Of a DNA stretch of 64,000 nucleotides, positions 37,857-47,537 are shown piece by piece; position 1 is the first letter of the stretch; the number at the start of each line of letters is the position of its first letter. The notes under the pieces are model-generated. The model was not told where the DNA came from. It made no database searches and saw only the letters and a program-made list of their open reading frames with translations. Origin of the DNA: Dehalococcoidia bacterium (GTDB lineage: Bacteria > Chloroflexota > Dehalococcoidia > UBA2979); contig JALOAL010000001.1 in assembly GCA_023228825.1 (NCBI GenBank), forward strand, positions 188,816 through 252,815, written 5' to 3'. A program made the position numbers and the translations under genes.

Positions 37857-39236
37857 TTACTCCTGCGCTTCCGGGGTGGCTTCCGACTGCTCCTCGGAGG
37901 CGGGCGGCGGAGTGGCCTCGAAGAGGTCGTCGAAGTCGACCAGGCCGTCGGTGGTCGCCAGGCGCCGGCGGGCCTCGGCGAGCATGGTCTCCGGGGCGCC
38001 GGCGCGGGCAGCGTGGGCCACGCGGTACAACTGCGGGGCGGTGACCAGGGCGTAGCCCACCGCCTCCGCCGCCACGCGCAGGGCGTCCACGAACTCTCGC
38101 TTGCGCTCCGTGGGGTGCGTCAGACGCTGTCCATTCGCCACCACAAGGCCCCGAGGCGCGATCGCGCGCGCCTCGATGATGCGGTCCAGGCGCTGGCGCA
38201 GGCGGTAGTGGGGGGCCATGTCCACGGCCTCGGTAGACCCGGCGACCGCGAGTTGGACCGTGGTGGCGCCGTCCGTGAGGACGGGCTCGCCAGAGGGCGC
38301 CTCCGCGCGCTTGAAGCCGATTTCCTCGGCGCAGGCGAGCACGGAAGGCAGGAGCACCGTGTCCCCCGCGGACCACAGTACCGCGCGCAACGCGTGCAGC
38401 GCGGCGGCCTCCGCCTCCGCCGCCTCGAGCGCGGCCTGCGCCTGGTCCACGGTGGCGCGCGCCTGGCGTACCAGCGTCTCGCGCTCCTCCAGGCCTGCGG
38501 GCATGAACTCCTTCGCCCAGCGCGGGTCCACCTCGTCACGGCGGCCCAGGGACTCGGACATCGCCTCCACCATCGCGGAGCCCTCGGGCCCGGCGAGCCA
38601 GTTGGCGCCGGGCTCCTTGGGGTAGGGCATGAAGACGACGCGCCCGTTCAGGACGGGGAACTCCACGCCCACCGGATCGCCGCCCGCGGCTCGGATGAAG
38701 ACGCGCGCGTGCTTGGCAAAGCCGGGCGCACGTTCGTTCAACACCGCGCGGTAAAGCACCGCCTTCTCGAACGTGCCGTAGACGCCGATGAACGGATGGG
38801 CGTGATCCTCCACCGCCACCTGGGTGCCCTCTGAACCGCGCACGGCCTCCTCGTCCCATCCCATGCCGTCCGGGGCGGGGAGGAAGAAGTAGCGGTCGAA
38901 GCCGCCCAGGCCGGTGACGCCGTGGAAGCGGGACTGCGGGGCCAGGAACACGCACACGGTGGCGCCGTTCTCCAGCGCCCGCGCCATCTCGTCACGGCGG
39001 CGCTGCAAGAGCGTGGCGAGGCCGGCCGTGGCGTCCGAGGAGTCGCCGTTCACCACGGGCACGTCCGCGTGCGTCACGAACTCGCCCTGGGCTCGTGCGG
39101 CGGCGCGCACCACGTCAAAGGTGGCGGCCGGGTCCAGGACGATGGCGTGATAGTCCGCGAGGTTGGGCGCGTTGAGGATGGTGTGGTTGTCGATGCTTCG
39201 GTGCTGGAGCCGGTGGCCCAGGGAGAGGACGCGCAC
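37857..39236 (-). CDS. Hypothetical 459-aa protein with an N-terminal alpha/beta-looking domain, a central Ala/Glu-rich coiled coil and a C-terminal domain. I could not assign a family.
   Basis: It is a long ORF with native GC and a plausible start. It is a solitary gene between fabV and ffs. Confidence 0.5.
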   Translation of the reverse strand: MRVLSLGHRLQHRSIDNHTILNAPNLADYHAIVLDPAATFDVVRAAARAQGEFVTHADVPVVNGDSSDATAGLATLLQRRRDEMARALENGATVCVFLAPQSRFHGVTGLGGFDRYFFLPAPDGMGWDEEAVRGSEGTQVAVEDHAHPFIGVYGTFEKAVLYRAVLNERAPGFAKHARVFIRAAGGDPVGVEFPVLNGRVVFMPYPKEPGANWLAGPEGSAMVEAMSESLGRRDEVDPRWAKEFMPAGLEERETLVRQARATVDQAQAALEAAEAEAAALHALRAVLWSAGDTVLLPSVLACAEEIGFKRAEAPSGEPVLTDGATTVQLAVAGSTEAVDMAPHYRLRQRLDRIIEARAIAPRGLVVANGQRLTHPTERKREFVDALRVAAEAVGYALVTAPQLYRVAHAARAGAPETMLAEARRRLATTDGLVDFDDLFEATPPPASEEQSEATPEAQE

Positions 39237-39698
39237 AGTGACTCCTCACAGGGAACGCCGCGAGCCTCGCGGCTGATCTCGCTCGAACGGACAGGCTACT
39301 CGTTGCCACCGCCTTGTGCGACGCGCGCGACGAGCAGCCACGCGGGCGTGCCGAGGCCGGCGACGATGAGGGAGCCACCAGGACCGTTGCCCGAAGGAGC
39401 CGAACATGCTGCGACGGATGAGTGCGAGGGCACCTGTCGCGACCGATCACGTGGGTCCTGCCGTCCCGAGGCCGGCGCGGTCATCGCACGCCGGGAGGCT
39501 GGGAGGGCCGTATAGAGATGGCCGATGACTTCGACACCTTGCCCGAGGAGTAGCGGCCGGATGCCGCGGAGACGGTGCCTGAGGCCGGAGCCCTTGAACC
39601 TCTTGGATCGACGGCGGGAAGGCGTCGGAATGGTGAATATCACAGGGGCGGGCCGCGGGGTCTGTCCGCTTCTTCGGATGCGCTGATAGGATCGAGGT

Positions 39699-39963
39699 GG
39701 TCGTGCTAGGCGGGGCCTTAGCGGCGCCCTGTACCCGCAATCCGCTACAGCGGGGCTGAATGCCCGTCCGAGAACGATCCTGAAGGGACTGCGAACGCCA
39801 GGCGGCGTTGAGAGCCTGGTCCCGTGCGGCGACGTCCAGTGAACCCCGCCAGGGCCGGAAGGCAGCAACGGTAAGCCGGTAGCGTCGGGCGCCACGGGGT
39901 CGCCGGGCTTGAGCCGGCCAGCGAGAGCAAGCCTGAAGGGCCGTCCGACGGCGGGGCACGACC
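39699..39963 (+). ncRNA. ffs: Signal recognition particle RNA, long (Bacillus/Alu-domain) type
   Basis: The domain IV motif CCAGGGCCGGAAGGCAGCAACGGUAAGCC is present. The Alu-domain-like 5' region GUGCUAGGCGGGG…GCGGCGCCCUGUACCCGCAAUCCGCUACAGCGGGGCUGAAUGCCC closely resembles B. subtilis scRNA. The terminal helix is GGUCGUGC/GCACGACC. Confidence 0.75.
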
Positions 39964-40004
39964 ACCCCACACACCACTACCACCGCCCGGTCGAGGAGGC
40001 GCAC

Positions 40005-41063
40005 ATGAGCCGCCGTCGTTCGTCCTCGGCCTCGCGGCGGAAGACCGGCGCCCGCAAGCGTGGACCGGATCAGACGCCCCAGCCGCCTGAGTACCTCAAG
40101 CGCCTGGGCGTGCATCCGCGCAAGGCCCTGGGGCAGCATTTCCTCATCGACGAGTTCCTGCTGGGCGATATCGCGGACGCCGCCGTGCACGATCCCGCCA
40201 CGCCCGTGCTGGAGATCGGGGCCGGCCCCGGCGGACTGACCGAGGAACTCGCCGCCCGCGCCCAGACCGTCGTCGCCATCGAACTGGACGAGGACCTCTC
40301 CGCCCTCACGCGCGAGCGCCTAAAGCGTTTCGACGGCCTGACCGTGCTGGCCGCCGACGTGATGGAGTTCGAGGCGGTCGAACTACTGGAGGAGGCGGGC
40401 GTCGCGCCGGAGACTCCGTACGTCGCGGTCGGAAACCTGCCGTACTACATCACCCAGCCGATCGTCCGGAAACTCCTGGAGGCCTCGGCGCCGCCGGAGC
40501 GCATCGTGATCCTCATCCAGCGCGAGGTGGCGCAGCGCATCGTGGGCGGGCCGGGCAAGGAGTCGCTGCTGTCCATGAGCGTGAAGATGTACGCCGAGCC
40601 GCGCATCCTGTTCGAGGTGCCTGAGACGGCCTTCTGGCCCGCGCCCAAGGTGCAGTCCGCAGTGATCGAGATCGTGCGTCTACCCGCGCCCGCGCTGGAC
40701 CTCACCCGTGGGGAGATCGAGGCGTTCTTCCACATCGTGCGGGCGGGCTTTGCGCAGCCTCGGAAGCAACTGCACAACAGCATCGTGGACGAGAGTGGCC
40801 TGCCCCGTGACCGCGTGGTCGCCATGCTGGAGGAGGCGGGCGTGGACCCCGTGGCGCGGCCGCAGCACCTGGGCCTGGAGGACTGGGAGCGCATCTTTCA
40901 CGCCTTCCAGCGCCAGTTCCCCGGCGAACTCGACGTGACCGAGGGCGCCCGCGACGGAGCGCCGCCGCCCTTCGACCCCGGCGAGTGGGAGACAGACGAG
41001 GCGGACGCCGAGCATGACGCCGGGTACGACGCGGACGCAGAGCCGGAGGACGACCGTGAGTGA
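40005..41063 (+). CDS. rsmA: 16S rRNA (adenine1518/1519-N6)-dimethyltransferase RsmA/KsgA with basic N-terminal and acidic C-terminal extensions
   Basis: The Shine-Dalgarno is GAGGAGG. The SAM motif LEIGAGPGGLT and the KsgA-specific NLPYYIT are present. Confidence 0.85.
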   Translation: MSRRRSSSASRRKTGARKRGPDQTPQPPEYLKRLGVHPRKALGQHFLIDEFLLGDIADAAVHDPATPVLEIGAGPGGLTEELAARAQTVVAIELDEDLSALTRERLKRFDGLTVLAADVMEFEAVELLEEAGVAPETPYVAVGNLPYYITQPIVRKLLEASAPPERIVILIQREVAQRIVGGPGKESLLSMSVKMYAEPRILFEVPETAFWPAPKVQSAVIEIVRLPAPALDLTRGEIEAFFHIVRAGFAQPRKQLHNSIVDESGLPRDRVVAMLEEAGVDPVARPQHLGLEDWERIFHAFQRQFPGELDVTEGARDGAPPPFDPGEWETDEADAEHDAGYDADAEPEDDRE

Positions 41064-41985
41064 GGCCACGTCGCTGCGCCTTGTAGCGCCCGCGAAGATC
41101 AACCTGGCGCTGGAGGTGCTGGGCAAGCGGCCGGACGGCTTCCACGAGGTGGAGACCGTCATGACCACCATCGACCTGGCGGACCGTGTGACCGTGACGC
41201 CTCGGGAGACGGGGGCGGGGCTGGAGGTGGTGCTGACCGGCCCCTACGCCGAGGGCATCGACCCGCATGACGACCTTTCGCGCCGTGCGGCGATCCGGGT
41301 GGCGGAGGCCGCGGGGATCGAGCCGGACGTGCGCATCCAGGTGGAAAAGCGCATCCCCTCACCCGGAGGTCTGGGCGGGGGCGCCTCGGACGCGGCGGCG
41401 GTGATCCGGCTGCTCGACCGGCTCTGGGGGCTGCGCTGGAAGATGCCGCGCCTGGAGGCGATCGCGGCCACGCTGGGATCAGACGTGCCGTTCTTCCTCC
41501 ACGCCGGCGCCGCACGCTGCACCGGGCGCGGCGAGGTGGTGGAGCCGCTGCGTGACATGCGGCCGCTGCGCCTGCTGGTGCTGTTGCCGCCGGTGCCGCG
41601 CCTGGAGCAGAAGACGGCGAAGCGCTACGCCGCGCTGCATCCGCACGACTTCACGAACGGCGACCGCACGAGGCGCCTCGCGGCACGCATCGCGCGTCAC
41701 GCACCGCCGCCCACGGGCGACCTGGTCAACGCCTTCGAGCGCGTGATCGAACGGACGGACCCGGAACTGGTGGCGCACTACGCGCGCTACGGGCAGGCGG
41801 GGGCGCTGCAACTGCACCTCTGCGGGGCCGGGCCGGCGGTCTACCTCTTTATCCGCGAGGACGCGAAGGCCTCCGAACTGCGGCGAGACTTCCGGGCCGT
41901 GGGCGCGACGGTCTTCGAGGCGCGCACGCTGCGCCGGGACGCCATCGCGATCGAGGAGCGCCCGGCGGAGGCCACCGAGGGGTGA
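41056..41985 (+). CDS. ispE: 4-diphosphocytidyl-2-C-methyl-D-erythritol kinase
   Basis: The motifs APAKINLALEV and GHMP-kinase PSPGGLGGGASDAAA are present. The GTG start overlaps the rsmA stop. Confidence 0.8.
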   Translation: MSEATSLRLVAPAKINLALEVLGKRPDGFHEVETVMTTIDLADRVTVTPRETGAGLEVVLTGPYAEGIDPHDDLSRRAAIRVAEAAGIEPDVRIQVEKRIPSPGGLGGGASDAAAVIRLLDRLWGLRWKMPRLEAIAATLGSDVPFFLHAGAARCTGRGEVVEPLRDMRPLRLLVLLPPVPRLEQKTAKRYAALHPHDFTNGDRTRRLAARIARHAPPPTGDLVNAFERVIERTDPELVAHYARYGQAGALQLHLCGAGPAVYLFIREDAKASELRRDFRAVGATVFEARTLRRDAIAIEERPAEATEG

Positions 41986-42401
41986 ACGCAGACCTGATGC
42001 AGAGCCTGCTGGCGGGCTGGGTCTCCGGGGCCGCGGCGGGCCTGGCCACCACAATGCTGGTCCTGGTGTGGCTGGCGCGCAGCCCGGAACGCGCTCGGCG
42101 GCTGCCGATGCAGGTGCGGCTGCCGATCCTGGGCATCGTGGTCGTGAACGCGATGGTGATCACGCTGACGCTGGTGGGGCTGGTGGCGGGAGCGCTGCAC
42201 CACAACACCCGCCCCGCAGATGGGAGCGCGGGGCTGTTCCCCGTAACCCTGGCCGCCATCGTGCTGGCGTCCGCCGCCCTCTACGCCTTCGTCCGGGGCC
42301 GCATCCGGAGCGCGGAGGCGCCGCTGGTGCTGGGCAGCCTGCTGGTCTTCGGCCTCGCCTTCGGCGGCATGCTGCCGTGGCTCGCGGGGATCGAGGTCTA
42401 G
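41982..42401 (+). CDS. Hypothetical integral membrane protein (about 4 TM helices)
   Basis: It is a 139-aa hydrophobic ORF overlapping the ispE stop. Confidence 0.4.
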   Translation: MNADLMQSLLAGWVSGAAAGLATTMLVLVWLARSPERARRLPMQVRLPILGIVVVNAMVITLTLVGLVAGALHHNTRPADGSAGLFPVTLAAIVLASAALYAFVRGRIRSAEAPLVLGSLLVFGLAFGGMLPWLAGIEV

Positions 42402-42607
42402 CGGGCGGCCGCGTGGCGGGCGGGCTCGGGAACGGGTAGCCCTCACGCGGGCGGCCTCGTAGACTCGGGCGAGCCTCGCCGGCCGCGGGACGGCATGATG
42501 GATGTGGGGTGGGCGTCACCGGGACACGGGGCGCACCACAGCGGGGCGACCGCCCAGAGGAGGGCTCACTGGAACTCCACGACGGACTCCAGGGTTCGAT
42601 CATCGAG

Positions 42608-43306
42608 ATGCACGTGCACACGAATCCGGCCTCGTCGGATTCGATGCTCGATCCCCACGAGTTGATCACGCTTGCCCAGGACATGGGCCTGACCGGCGTG
42701 AACATGACCGAACACGACAAGGTGCTGGAGTCGCACCAGCAGAAGGCCTTCCGCGAGCAGTACCCGGACTTCTTCATCAACTTCGGGATGGAAGTCTCCA
42801 CGGACATGGGCCACATGATCGCCGTGGGGCTGCCCACCTACCTGCAGGGCATCCGCAAGGCCGCCAAACTGCGCGAGGAGTTGGACCGCCTGGGCGGCTA
42901 CCTGATCGTCGCGCACCCGTTCCGCCGCCTGTTCGACCCGGTCACCGCCATGCGCACGGGCGAGAAGTTCGAACTGACGCCGGAGCAGGCCGCGGAGACC
43001 ATGCCGGTCTTCAAACTCGTCCACGCGATCGAGATCGGTAATGGGGCCAACACGCCGCAGGAGAACTACTTCGCGGCGGAGGTCGCGCAGATCCTGGGCA
43101 TCCCCGGCACCGGCGGCTCGGACGCGCACTCCACCAGCGGCATCGCTACCTTCGCCACCGGCTTCGAGAAGCACGTCACCACCCCGGAGGAGTTCCTGGA
43201 GGAACTACACGGCGGACGTTTCGAGGCCATCCACCGTACGCGCGAGAAGCGCTGGGTACGCCTCGAACAGGGCTCCATCGAAGAAGCCACCGGCTCCCCG
43301 GACTGA
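42608..43306 (+). CDS. PHP-domain (polymerase/histidinol-phosphatase-like) metal-dependent phosphoesterase
   Basis: MHVHTNPASSDS is followed by further His/Asp metal-ligand motifs. The start may be slightly upstream, since the tracked ORF begins at 42509. Confidence 0.6.
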   Translation: MHVHTNPASSDSMLDPHELITLAQDMGLTGVNMTEHDKVLESHQQKAFREQYPDFFINFGMEVSTDMGHMIAVGLPTYLQGIRKAAKLREELDRLGGYLIVAHPFRRLFDPVTAMRTGEKFELTPEQAAETMPVFKLVHAIEIGNGANTPQENYFAAEVAQILGIPGTGGSDAHSTSGIATFATGFEKHVTTPEEFLEELHGGRFEAIHRTREKRWVRLEQGSIEEATGSPD

Positions 43307-43407
43307 CGCGCGGCGCTGATGACATCTCCTGACCGTGGCTGCGGGAGAGATCCCGTAGACTGACACTGCGCCCGGCACCCCACCGCGCGCCTGGAATCGC
43401 CTGGCGC

Positions 43408-46221
43408 ATGCTCGACGAATTCGTCGCCCTCGACCTGGAGACCACCGGGCTCAGCCTGGAGTCCGACCTCATCATCGAGGTGGGCGCCACGCGCTTTGAC
43501 CGCTCCGGCCGCTTCCAGAACTACCGCACGTTCATCAACCCCGGCCGCCACATCCCCCCGGAAGTGGTGGAACTGACCGGCATCTCTGACGCGGACGTCG
43601 CGGACGCCCCTCGGTTCTCGGAGGTGCGGGAGACGCTGCGCGAGTTCCTGGGGACGCGGGCGGTGGTGGGCCAGAACATCGCGTTCGACCTGGCGTTCCT
43701 CAATGCCGAGCAACTCGTCCCGCCCGGCCCGGCGTTCGACACGTGGGAACTCGCCTCCGTCCTCCTGCCCACGGCGGACCGCCTGGGCCTGGGCGCGATC
43801 GCGGAGATCCTGGGCGTGCACATGCCCGTGGCCCACCGAGCGCTCGCAGACGCCGAGGCCACGCGTGACGTGTTCCTCGCGCTGCTGCGCCGCCTCGAGG
43901 CGATGCCGCGCTCGCTGCTGGTGGAACTGCGCGGCTTCGCCGGCCGCGCGGGCTGGTCCGTGACCCCACTGCTGGAGGACGCCCTGGAGCGCGCCGGCGC
44001 CGGCACGATCAGCCCGGAGGAGGCGCGCGCGGTGATGGCCACGCTGCCGATCCTGCCGCCGTCCGCCTCGTACCCTGCGCTCGTGCCGCGCGAGCCCCGC
44101 ATCCGCGTGCAGCCGCGCGAGGTGGACGAGGTCTTCGCGATCGCGGCGCAGCGCCCGGACCTGATGCTCGCCTTCGAACGGCGGAGCGGGCAGGAGGAGA
44201 TGGCGCGCGCGGTAGCGGAACACTTGCGAGACGGCGGCTACCTGGCGGTGGAGGCCGGGACGGGGACCGGCAAGTCCCTGGCGTACCTGGTGCCGGCGCT
44301 GCTCCACGCCATGCGCAACGACGACCGCGTGGTGGTCTCCACGCACACGCGCAACCTGCAGGACCAACTGGCCGGCAAGGACGCTCCCGCCGCCGCCGCG
44401 CTGGTGGAGGCCTACCTGGACGCGCCGGGTGCGGCGCGCGTGGCCGTCCTGAAGGGACGCTCCAACTACCTCTGCCTGGAGCGCTGGGCGCAGGTGCGCC
44501 AGGACCCCGCGCCCCGAGGCGAGGCGGAGGTGCGCCTCTTCGCCCGCGTGGCGGCGTGGCTCCCGGAGACGGAGACGGGCGACCTGGCGGAGTTGTACAT
44601 GACTTCCCAGGAACAGCCGTGGTGGCCACAGATCTCGGCTGAGAGCAACGACTGCCTGGCGCGTCGCTGCTCGTACGTGCGCGAGGGCACGTGCTTCCTC
44701 TGGCGCGCCCGGCAGCGGGCGGCGGCGGCGCACATCGTGATCGCGAACCACTCGCTCCTGCTTGCCAATGCCGCGCGGGACGACCAGGTGCTGCCGTCCT
44801 TCAACCACCTGGTGGTCGACGAGGCGCACCGCCTGGAGGATGTGGCCACGCAGCACTTCGGCGCCACGCTCTCCACCCGCGACCTGCGTGACCTGGTGGA
44901 GTCCCTGAGCATCACGGCCCGCGGCGGTGAACCGGGCTTCGCAAGGCGGCTCCAGGGCCTGGCCGGCGGCGCCGAGGCGCTCGCACTCTCGCCTGCGGCG
45001 GGCCTCGCACCGCTCGCCACGCAGATCGACACCGCCGCCACCGGCACCCGCGACGAAGTGCGCTCGTTCATGGAGGCGCTGCGCGGCTTCGTGGACGAGG
45101 CGATGGACGACGCCACGCCTCGACGCGACGTCTCCCTCACCCCGGCGCGTCGAGGCCAGGCGTCCTGGGAGGAGGTCGAGACCGTCGCGGTCACGCTGGA
45201 CCTGGGCCTGCGCGTGCTGGGCGAGCGCCTGACGCAGGTGCGAGAGACGGTCGCCAGCATGACGGAGGGCGGCGTGGTGCTGCCGGAGGACCTGAAGGTG
45301 GAGGCGAACCGCCACGCGGAGGCGCTCGCCGCCGCTCGGGACACCGTGCAGCGCACGGTGCTGCGGCCGCACCGCGACGACGTGGCCTGGGTGACCCGCG
45401 CCGAGGGCGACGTGCGTATCGGCCGCGCCCCGCTGGAGGTGGCTCCACACCTGGCAAAGGAAATCTGGGCCGGGCGGGAGTCCGTGATGGCCACCAGCGC
45501 CACGCTGGCGGCGGGCGCATCGTTCGACTTCGCCACGCAGCGCCTGGGCCTGGACGAGGCGGACACGCTGATCGTGCCCTCGCCGTACGACTACCGCCGC
45601 GCCGTGCTGGCCCTGCTGGCGGAGGAACTCCCGGACCCCGGGATGCCCTCGTACGACACGTCGCTCCAGCAGACCATCGGGTCGCTGGTGCGGGCGAGCC
45701 AGGGGCGCACGCTGGTGCTGTTCACGTCGCATGCGGCCGTGCGAGCCACCGCCGCAGCCCTGCGCGACTCGCTGGCGCAGGACGAGATCAGTGTGCTGGC
45801 CCAGGGCGTGGACGGCTCGCCCACGCGCCTGCTGCGCCTGCTGAACGAGCGCCCGCGCTCGGTCATCCTGGGCACCGCCGCCTTCTGGGAGGGGATCGAC
45901 GTGCCGGGAGAGGCGCTCTCCCAGATCGTGATCGCGCGCCTGCCGTTCCCGGTGCCGACGGACCCGATCTACGAGGGCCGCTCCGGCCAGTTCGACGACC
46001 CCTTCGCCGAGTTCGCCCTGCCCCAGGCGGTGCTGCGCTTCCGCCAGGGCTTCGGACGCCTGATCCGCGGCTCCACGGATCGAGGCGTCTTCGTGGTGCT
46101 GGACAGCCGCATCGTGCGCCGCCAGTACGGCGAGGCGTTCCTGGACGGCCTGCCGGACTGCGAGGTGCGCACGTTGCGCGCTGCAGACCTGGCCGCCCAC
46201 GTGGAACGATGGCTGATGTGA
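43408..46221 (+). CDS. dinG: DnaQ-like 3'-5' exonuclease fused to a DinG-family (Rad3-like) helicase
   Basis: The N-terminal region carries DEDDh exonuclease motifs (ALDLETTG…, HRALADA). The helicase core carries GTGTGKSLAYLVPA and DEAH (VVDEAHRL). The protein is 937 aa. Confidence 0.85.
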   Translation: MLDEFVALDLETTGLSLESDLIIEVGATRFDRSGRFQNYRTFINPGRHIPPEVVELTGISDADVADAPRFSEVRETLREFLGTRAVVGQNIAFDLAFLNAEQLVPPGPAFDTWELASVLLPTADRLGLGAIAEILGVHMPVAHRALADAEATRDVFLALLRRLEAMPRSLLVELRGFAGRAGWSVTPLLEDALERAGAGTISPEEARAVMATLPILPPSASYPALVPREPRIRVQPREVDEVFAIAAQRPDLMLAFERRSGQEEMARAVAEHLRDGGYLAVEAGTGTGKSLAYLVPALLHAMRNDDRVVVSTHTRNLQDQLAGKDAPAAAALVEAYLDAPGAARVAVLKGRSNYLCLERWAQVRQDPAPRGEAEVRLFARVAAWLPETETGDLAELYMTSQEQPWWPQISAESNDCLARRCSYVREGTCFLWRARQRAAAAHIVIANHSLLLANAARDDQVLPSFNHLVVDEAHRLEDVATQHFGATLSTRDLRDLVESLSITARGGEPGFARRLQGLAGGAEALALSPAAGLAPLATQIDTAATGTRDEVRSFMEALRGFVDEAMDDATPRRDVSLTPARRGQASWEEVETVAVTLDLGLRVLGERLTQVRETVASMTEGGVVLPEDLKVEANRHAEALAAARDTVQRTVLRPHRDDVAWVTRAEGDVRIGRAPLEVAPHLAKEIWAGRESVMATSATLAAGASFDFATQRLGLDEADTLIVPSPYDYRRAVLALLAEELPDPGMPSYDTSLQQTIGSLVRASQGRTLVLFTSHAAVRATAAALRDSLAQDEISVLAQGVDGSPTRLLRLLNERPRSVILGTAAFWEGIDVPGEALSQIVIARLPFPVPTDPIYEGRSGQFDDPFAEFALPQAVLRFRQGFGRLIRGSTDRGVFVVLDSRIVRRQYGEAFLDGLPDCEVRTLRAADLAAHVERWLM

Positions 46222-46730
46222 CCGAGGCCGGCCCCTCCTCCAGCACGCCGCGCAGCGGCGTCTGGGCGCGCTACCTGGGCGTATCGCTCGTCCGCGCCAC
46301 GCCGCAAGAGGTGGCCGCAGACCCCGCACTCCTGCGAGGGCTGACGGACGGCTGGGACCGCTCGGCGGAACCGGTGCTGCCCGACGCGCCCGCTCGGGCG
46401 GAGTGGTACCGCATCCGCGAGCGCGGCGCGGACGTGGGCGTCGCCATCGTGCTGCGCGGCTGCCTGGAGCCGGACGAGGGCACGCTGCTCGCCGTCTCCG
46501 TGGCCCGCGAGGCGCGGGGCCGGGCGTGCGCGACGAAGGCGCTGCTGGCCACGGAGCGCCGGCTGATCGCGGAGGGCGCGCGCCGGATGCTCGTGCGCGT
46601 GCCTCGGACGAACGGTCGCGGCTTCTACTTCACGTTGCGCGCGGGCTTCACGCCCGTGCCGTCGCACGAACGCCCTGACGACCCCGGCGACGCCACCTGG
46701 TTCTCGCGGAAACCCCCGCGAGGCGAGTAA
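46209..46730 (+). CDS. GNAT-family N-acetyltransferase-like protein
   Basis: The 173-aa ORF overlaps the dinG stop. The assignment rests on weak GNAT-like features. Confidence 0.35.
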   Translation: MADVTEAGPSSSTPRSGVWARYLGVSLVRATPQEVAADPALLRGLTDGWDRSAEPVLPDAPARAEWYRIRERGADVGVAIVLRGCLEPDEGTLLAVSVAREARGRACATKALLATERRLIAEGARRMLVRVPRTNGRGFYFTLRAGFTPVPSHERPDDPGDATWFSRKPPRGE

Positions 46731-46813
46731 GCCCTTCAGCCCGATCGAGCGCTCCAGATCCCATCCGCAGTGACGTACAATCGGGATATATCGAGATGTA
46801 CAGGAGTCACTTC

Positions 46814-47089
46814 ATGGCAGAGGTGGGGATCACAGAACTGCGTCGCACGCTGAAAGACTGGGTTGACCGCGTCCGATCCGGTGACGAGGTGATCGTCACC
46901 GACCGTGGCAGGGCCGTTGCTCGCCTCACCTCGATCGAGGCGGCGCCGCTTATCGATCGACTGGTGGCAGCAGGGCGTGTGAGCCGGCCGACCGGGGCCG
47001 AACGCCCTCGCGCCAGTCGAGAGCGCCGCATCCGCGCGGATGGTGAGGTCTCCGCGCTAGTCACCGAGGCGCGAGACGCCCGCCGGTGA
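46814..47089 (+). CDS. Type II antitoxin, Phd/YefM family
   Basis: The sequence MAEVGITELRRTLKDWVDRVRSGDEVIVTDRGRAVARL is typical of Phd/YefM. It overlaps the downstream PIN gene (GTGA). Confidence 0.75.
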   Translation: MAEVGITELRRTLKDWVDRVRSGDEVIVTDRGRAVARLTSIEAAPLIDRLVAAGRVSRPTGAERPRASRERRIRADGEVSALVTEARDARR

Positions 47090-47520
47090 CGCTGGCCTAC
47101 TTCGACGCGAGCGCGCTGGTCAAACTCTTCATCGACGAGACTGGCAGCGAAGACGTCGCGCTGCTCTGGGACGGCGCCGACGCGGTGGTCACCAGCCGCC
47201 TCGCTCAAACCGAGGTCCGCGTGGCGCTCGCCGCTGCGCACCGGGCGCAACGGCTGGACGACGGTGCGTATCTGGCGGCGAAAGGCAGTTGGGAGCGCTA
47301 CCGGGCCGCCGTCCGGATGGTCGAGGTCACCGCTGAACTCGCGGAGGTAGCGGCGGAGGTCGCGGAGGCCCATTCTCTGACGGCGCTCGACGCGGTCCAC
47401 CTGGCCAGTGCGATCCTGTTCGCCAGCACCCCGCTCGTGGTCGCCACGTGGGACGCTCGGCTGCTGGTGGCGACACAATCGTTGGGTATCTCCACCCTGC
47501 CCGCGCACATCGAGGCCTGA
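47086..47520 (+). CDS. vapC: PIN-domain toxin VapC
   Basis: The N-terminal YFDASALVKLF, acidic residues and a C-terminal D (…ATWDARL) are present. It is 144 aa. Confidence 0.75.
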   Translation: MTLAYFDASALVKLFIDETGSEDVALLWDGADAVVTSRLAQTEVRVALAAAHRAQRLDDGAYLAAKGSWERYRAAVRMVEVTAELAEVAAEVAEAHSLTALDAVHLASAILFASTPLVVATWDARLLVATQSLGISTLPAHIEA

Positions 47521-47537
47521 CCTCGCGAGAGCCCCCG

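Noticed and set aside
39780-39930. Possible cobalamin riboswitch (GCAACGGTAAGCCGG resembles the B12-element core)
   Set aside because: The flanking sequence instead matches SRP RNA domain IV (CCAGGGCCGGAAGGCAGCAACGG), and the 5' region matches the Bacillus scRNA Alu domain. The downstream gene (ksgA) is not a B12-regulated function.
43066-46329. 1087-aa minus-strand ORF antisense to dinG
   Set aside because: The same artefact: Arg/Ala/Gly-rich with no recognisable motifs, while the plus strand encodes a clear exonuclease–DinG fusion.
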